Shown: one piece after another, positions 27,657-32,000 of the stretch
How positions within the stretch are numbered: the first letter of the stretch is position 1
How the letters are laid out: every line of letters begins with the position of its first letter
Source of the DNA: Candidatus Altimarinota bacterium
Lineage (GTDB): Bacteria; Patescibacteriota; Gracilibacteria; UBA1369
NCBI GenBank assembly: GCA_041659405.1
Contig: JBAZYK010000004.1
Coordinates: 30,001 to 62,000 of the forward strand
Length of the DNA: 32,000 bases
Direction of reading: 5' to 3'
Made by a program: the position numbers and the translations under genes
Notes under the pieces: model-generated
Database searches by the model: none
What the model was told of the DNA's origin: nothing
What the model saw: only the letters and a program-made list of their open reading frames with translations

Positions 27657-28364
27657 CTAAGAAATAGCTAAATGAATCTGTTTTGCTTGTGTGTGATAAC
27701 CACTTTGTTGAAGATCGCTCGTCACTTTTCCACCGGCAATTTTCACCACTCTTTTCTTGATCAGGTCGACCAAAGCCACATTATGGGTAGTCAAAATCAC
27801 CGTAATGCCATCTTTATTTATTTTCAACAAAAGTTCAATGATTTCTTTGCCTGTTTTTGGGTCAAGATTTCCCGTTGGTTCATCAGCAACAATCAAACGT
27901 GGATGATGGACCAACGCTCTGGCAATGGCTGTCCTCTGACGTTCTCCGCCCGAAAGCTGACTTGGAAAACGTTTCGCAAATTCAGTTAGCCCAACATACT
28001 CCAAAATTTCCGGCACACGTTTTTTGATTTCACTATCTTCATATCCGCATACCTCCATCGCAAAAGCCACATTTTCATACACGGTTTTTTGCGGAAGCAA
28101 TTTATAATCCTGAAAAACCACGCCGATTCTGCGTCTAAAAAACTGCAACTCGCGATCATCCATGGTGTTAATTGTGTAGCCATCAACAATTATTTTTCCA
28201 TGCTCGATTTTTTCCGCACCCATCAAAATATAAACCAGAGTCGATTTTCCGGCTCCGGAAGGCCCAATCACCGAAACAAATTCGCCTGTCGAAATTTGCA
28301 AATTCAGTTTATCCAAAACCACGGTGCGCCCATATTTTTTTGAAACATTTTCGAATGAAATCAT
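27657..28364 (-). CDS. ftsE: FtsE-like ABC transporter ATPase
   Basis: MISFENVSKKY, GPSGAGKSTL, FFRRRIGVVFQDYKLLPQKTVYENVAFAMEV, LSGGERQRTAIARALVHHPRLIVADEPTGNLD. Confidence 0.85.
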   Translation of the reverse strand: MISFENVSKKYGRTVVLDKLNLQISTGEFVSVIGPSGAGKSTLVYILMGAEKIEHGKIIVDGYTINTMDDRELQFFRRRIGVVFQDYKLLPQKTVYENVAFAMEVCGYEDSEIKKRVPEILEYVGLTEFAKRFPSQLSGGERQRTAIARALVHHPRLIVADEPTGNLDPKTGKEIIELLLKINKDGITVILTTHNVALVDLIKKRVVKIAGGKVTSDLQQSGYHTQAKQIHLAIS

Positions 28365-28638
28365 AAGAGGCTTGAGTAAGCGCCAAAGCGAGCTCGTGCG
28401 AACAAAAACCTTGGTCGAGCCAAATGCCGAGCCTGAGCAACCACACTATAACAACCGCCCGCAAAACTGTCCACGATTTATCTGCGCGCGAACACCGGCG
28501 GGGACTTTCTATGGCAAGCAAGGGCATAATCAAACACGGGGGATCATACGCTTTTTCCTTTGAGAAAGTTTGGTCGAGCGCGAAGCATCCGGGCAACCAG
28601 CTCCGCCGACTCAACCGACAAGCTATTTTCTCCACGGT

Positions 28639-29871
28639 CTAAGCCGCAATAGCCAATGCTCTTTTTTGCTGATATTTCTGATCAATCGAATGCGCGATTT
28701 CGTGATGTTGTTCGCAAAATGGAGCCAGAAAGCGAGGATCGTTGTTACGGGAGAGTGTGAATCTTTGCGTATGGTGAATGGTCGTAGCCGGCTTGTTACA
28801 GCCAGGAATTGAGCATTTATCGCCATGTTCTTTCTTGAGCAGATTTTTAATTTTTACGTTGATGTAGTGGGACGGCTTTTTTGTGGGCAGTTCGCTTTTA
28901 GATTTTTCCTGAGCGCTGGCAGCCTGTTTTTTCGTATCCATTGCCTGTTGTTGCATTAGCTGCGCCTTCACTATTTCTTCGCCAATTTGTTCTTTTTCCA
29001 TTGCGATTTCTTCGTCGCGCTTTTGCAGAAGTTCGAGCATAATTTGATTGATGTCGAGACCTTTTTCATCGAGCTCTTTTAATTTTTCTTTGAGTTCCGG
29101 CGAAAATTTTTCGAGCAATTTGACATCCTCGAAAAGATCTGTCGTTTGCGTGTGCACGTGCACAGATTTGTGATCAAATAATGGCTCCTGTAAGCCGTTT
29201 GCATTTTCAGGTGAGCCTTTTTTATTTTCCGGCTCGCCGTTTTGAATTAAAATTCGCAGTTGGATTTGGCTTGAGTTTTGATTTCCTACACCTATGGAAT
29301 TTTGCAAATTATTATTTAGTGTTTCTTGGGCGAATTTTTCATCTTTCACTAAAGTCTCAAGTGCACGATTCGAAAGTATTTTTGCCTGGTTTGCCAAAAA
29401 TTCCTGATTTTCCGGAGTTGCGATTGAAGCGATTCTTGCAAGCTTGTTTGCGCTGACTTCGCCATTCAACAACAAATTTTTCAGAACCGGTTTGTCTTCA
29501 AATTTTTGCTCCAAATTGAGCACGCGACGAACTTGTTCTTCGCTCATGCCTGCGAGTTTTTTGGCAAAAACAAAAATTGATTCAAAACCTTTGCGCTCGT
29601 ACAAGCGTCTTTTGAGCACTTCCGGCAACAGACCCGCAAATTTCTGCCGCCAGATTCTGGCTTGCTCTCCGTATTTTTGGCAGAGTGAAAACAGTTCCCA
29701 ATCGTTGAGACTTGTGATTTTTTGGTCGTCGATTTTGGCGAAATTCAACTGATTGCTGTCCATTTTTTTTGCAAAGCTCAAGCCATTTTTAGCAAAATCT
29801 TGCCGACCGTCCATCTGCCTGGTAGCCATTTTGTTAAAAACATTTGTTGAATTTTTATTTTCTGCGATCAT
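28639..29871 (-). CDS. HNH endonuclease-domain protein with helical N-terminal region (DUF222-like by eye)
   Basis: C-terminal CSIPGCNKPATTIHHTQRFTLSRNNDPRFLAPFCEQHHEIAH (Cx4C, HH, HHxxxH). N-terminal helices GEVSANKLARIASIATPENQEFLANQAKILSNRALETLV. Confidence 0.8.
   Translation of the reverse strand: MIAENKNSTNVFNKMATRQMDGRQDFAKNGLSFAKKMDSNQLNFAKIDDQKITSLNDWELFSLCQKYGEQARIWRQKFAGLLPEVLKRRLYERKGFESIFVFAKKLAGMSEEQVRRVLNLEQKFEDKPVLKNLLLNGEVSANKLARIASIATPENQEFLANQAKILSNRALETLVKDEKFAQETLNNNLQNSIGVGNQNSSQIQLRILIQNGEPENKKGSPENANGLQEPLFDHKSVHVHTQTTDLFEDVKLLEKFSPELKEKLKELDEKGLDINQIMLELLQKRDEEIAMEKEQIGEEIVKAQLMQQQAMDTKKQAASAQEKSKSELPTKKPSHYINVKIKNLLKKEHGDKCSIPGCNKPATTIHHTQRFTLSRNNDPRFLAPFCEQHHEIAHSIDQKYQQKRALAIAA
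29150..29200. repeat. in-frame copy of the double-palindrome element inside the HNH gene
   Basis: TGTGCACGTGCACAGATTT-N5-CAAATAATGGCTcctgtaAGCCgttt. Matches 600-649 at about 38/50 positions. Confidence 0.75.
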
Positions 29872-29928
29872 AAAAAAAATCGGTTAAAGAATAGTCGTAA
29901 TGTCGCTTGAACAAGGCCAAACATTACT

Positions 29929-30037
29929 GCTCATCCGGGTGATGAGCGTCAATAACCAAAGGGGGTAAACTGCGGTCTGTACGAATTCCGACCGAAATCC
30001 ATGTGTCGACTTTTCCGCTGGGACTTCCCGCGAAAAG
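29929..30037. other. cluster of hairpins upstream of the HNH gene
   Basis: GCTCATC-cgggt-GATGAGC (29929-29947), CGGTC...GACCG (29973-29994), CTTTTCCGC...GCGAAAAG (30010-30037). Confidence 0.45.
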
Positions 30038-30156
30038 CCGATCAAAAAAATATTGTTAATGAATGCGAAGATTTCCGCATCCATGTTCACCAAAACTCTA
30101 GCAAATGCAGATCAAAAAATCTAATTTTATGTCTTGAAATTCGCCGAAAAGTGCAG

Positions 30157-30273
30157 TGTAATATTACAGTGATTTAGCGCTAGAACTAAGCCAAAAAACG
30201 CCTATTGCGATTCAGACATTTCGTGATGTAATATTACATGATTTTGTTCCTCGTTTCGTGATGTAATATTACG
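30157..30273. repeat. three GTAATATTAC-core palindromes with 70- and 35-bp spacing
   Basis: TGTAATATTACA at 30157-30168, ATGTAATATTACAT at 30226-30239, GTAATATTAC at 30263-30272. The last two sit in 35-bp direct repeats starting TTTCGTGATGTAATATTAC. Confidence 0.8.
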
Positions 30274-30455
30274 CGATTTTATTGCTCACCCCACGACGAA
30301 ACACCACGACATTGTTACTTATTTCATGACGAAACATTTCATGTAATTTTGCATCTACTAAAATTCGCATCGCCAACGTTCGCATCGCCCATCAATTCTC
30401 GCCAACTTCCAATCCTCCCGCCGACCCCCAATAATATCATTTCCCCGCCGCCCAC

Positions 30456-31457
30456 CTACCGATGAAACTTATCATGCACTTCCTTCAAGCGCTTATTCGT
30501 CACATGCGTGTAGATTTGCGTGGTTGTGATTGAAGAATGCCCCAGCATTTCCTGCACCGAACGGATATCTGCGCCATTAACCAGCATTTCCGTGGCAAAA
30601 GAATGCCGCAAAACGTGTGGAGTAACTTTTTTTATGATTCCCGCCCTTCGCGCATATTGCCGCACCAAATACTCGATCATCACCGTACTTAAACGCCTTT
30701 TTTCGCCCGAAGTAATATCTTCGGCTGACCATTCGGTATCGCTTCCATCGCGCCTTCCACTTCTCGCATGCCGATAATTCAAAAACAACGGCTCAAAATT
30801 ATCATCGCGCATCTTTAAATAAGCTTCAATTGCCACCACCGCGTTCGCAGACAAAAACACAATCCTCGGTTTTTTGCCCTTTCCTCTAACCATAAATTCG
30901 CGTCGCACCAGGTCCACCTGTGAACGATTCAAACTCGCCAATTCACTCACGCGCAAACCCGTAGAATACAAAGTTTCCATAATGGCCATGTCCCGCAAAG
31001 CCTGAACTTTGGCCGTTCCACTGACTTTTCTTGAACCATTTAACACCGCCCCAAGCCCTTTATTGACCTCTTCAAAAAGTCGCTCCAGTTCCTCGCGAGT
31101 CAAAAATTCTACAGTCCGTTCCGGAATTTTGCCGAGTTCAATTTTCTCTGGAGCAAGCGTTTCAATATCATTTTTGATGCAGTATTTCAAAAAAGCCCGC
31201 AACGCAATTACATGATAATTCTGAGTTTTGGTACTCAAAAGTTGCTGCCCTTTTTCGTCGACTAATCTGTTCAAATAAAGCCGATAAGCCTGAACTTTTT
31301 CCAGCGTGATGTCTTTAGGCGTGAAATCCTCTTTCCCCCCAGCCCAAGCCGCAAATCGCCCCAAATAATGACGGTAATTTTCAATCGTTTTCCTGGATTG
31401 ATTTTTGCCAATCTCGGCATGTTCCAAAAATCGTGTAATTATTTCCGCAAGTGTCAT
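30456..31457 (-). CDS. XerC/XerD-like tyrosine recombinase
   Basis: LYSTGLRVSELASLNRSQVDL...GKGKKPRIVFLS...TPHVLRHSFATEMLVNGADIRSVQEMLGHSSITTTQIYTHVTNKRLKEVHDKFHR includes the R...HxxR...H...Y catalytic residues. Confidence 0.96.
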   Translation of the reverse strand: MTLAEIITRFLEHAEIGKNQSRKTIENYRHYLGRFAAWAGGKEDFTPKDITLEKVQAYRLYLNRLVDEKGQQLLSTKTQNYHVIALRAFLKYCIKNDIETLAPEKIELGKIPERTVEFLTREELERLFEEVNKGLGAVLNGSRKVSGTAKVQALRDMAIMETLYSTGLRVSELASLNRSQVDLVRREFMVRGKGKKPRIVFLSANAVVAIEAYLKMRDDNFEPLFLNYRHARSGRRDGSDTEWSAEDITSGEKRRLSTVMIEYLVRQYARRAGIIKKVTPHVLRHSFATEMLVNGADIRSVQEMLGHSSITTTQIYTHVTNKRLKEVHDKFHR

Positions 31458-31610
31458 CAAGCAAAATTTTTAAGATCTTTTTTCTGTCACATCATATCTT
31501 AAATCTTCAAATTTTTCTGTATCTTGTACTTCTGCCCAGTCCGATCCGCTCTCTAATCATATACTCTAACTATATAAGATTATATAAGATTACCGGCAAA
31601 GATTCATGCA

Positions 31611-31644
31611 AAAAAAGCCCGGAGGTTTTAATTCCGGGCTTTTC
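31611..31644 (-). terminator. rho-independent terminator downstream of the truncated SLH gene
   Basis: AAAAAAGCCCGGA-ggttttaa-TTCCGGGCTTTT. Confidence 0.8.
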
Positions 31645-31718
31645 AATCTTAGATTTACGCGCGCTTGTGTTTACGCGCGAAGTTCCCACTTTTCCCGCAC
31701 ACCATGCGTCTCCACCAT

Positions 31719-32000
31719 TTACGGTCTAATCGCGTTCATAATAATTTTCAACATTTCCGCATTGGTAATTGGATCTTCCGGAGCGAAAATATGAGGAGCC
31801 TTTCCCTGGAAAATTGTTGGGTTGTAATCCCATAATGAACGGAAGTACTGGCCTTCCCAATCAGCATTAATGTCTGTAGCAATGTTATTCGGTGCGCCGG
31901 TTCCACAACTCCAATGCCACTGTGCATGATAATAACATTCAGCAGGAGTTCTTAAGTGAAAAGTCGGATCCTTATATTTGATCATCTTGGCAAGAATTGA
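31719..32000 (-). CDS. SLH-domain protein, C-terminal part (5' end outside the window)
   Basis: Frame is open to the window edge. APEDPITNAEMLKIIMNAI resembles an SLH half-motif and ADWEGQYFRSLWDYNPTIFQG the start of another. Confidence 0.6.
   Translation of the reverse strand, partial: SILAKMIKYKDPTFHLRTPAECYYHAQWHWSCGTGAPNNIATDINADWEGQYFRSLWDYNPTIFQGKAPHIFAPEDPITNAEMLKIIMNAIRP

Noticed and set aside
30226-30239. Palindrome array as the chromosomal dif site
   Set aside because: The arms do not fit an 11-6-11 Xer site layout by eye, and several copies are present. It is kept only as a possible recombination or regulatory array.
30157-30273. Possible CRISPR array
   Set aside because: The 35/70-bp spaced units are partial palindromes with no regular unique spacers, and no cas genes are present.
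1-32000. Alternative genetic code (UGA = Gly, as in Gracilibacteria/Absconditabacteria)
   Set aside because: All conserved genes (recA, nusA, dprA, purM and others) read full length under the standard code without internal UGA.

Overview
Chromosomal segment whose gene content and style resemble a Patescibacteria/CPR-type genome (possibly Peregrinibacteria-like; inference only). The standard genetic code fits. From left to right it contains: tRNA-Cys; two tandem paralogous SLH-domain surface-layer proteins; tRNA-Ser(GCU); a GerMN-like lipoprotein; an EamA transporter; a nitroreductase; a multi-PAS/GAF histidine kinase; a large protein with a divergent RelA/SpoT-type HD domain; tRNA-Ser(UGA) beside a duplicated tRNA 3' end; a RelE/RelB-type toxin-antitoxin pair; a stand-alone winged-helix protein; an S41 protease; a YmdB-like phosphoesterase; recA-recX-nusA; a PilB/GspE ATPase; dprA; an unannotated 56-codon ORF; purM; ftsE; an HNH nuclease-like gene; a XerC/D-like recombinase; and a truncated SLH protein. 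There is no CRISPR array and no obvious known defence island. The most interesting signals are non-coding. (1) A short double-palindrome repeat (TGTGCACGTGCACA-GATTT-N5-CAAATAAYGGCT-N6-AGCC) occurs intergenically, at the left window edge, and in frame inside the HNH gene, similar to Rickettsia palindromic elements. (2) A three-copy intergenic element with conserved hairpins lies immediately 3' of all three tRNA genes. (3) An 18-bp perfect palindrome fills the -35/-10 spacer of a near-consensus recA promoter. (4) A structured, palindrome-rich region with 35/70-bp spacing lies between the HNH and recombinase genes. (5) A divergent (p)ppGpp-hydrolase-like HD protein has no synthetase domain.
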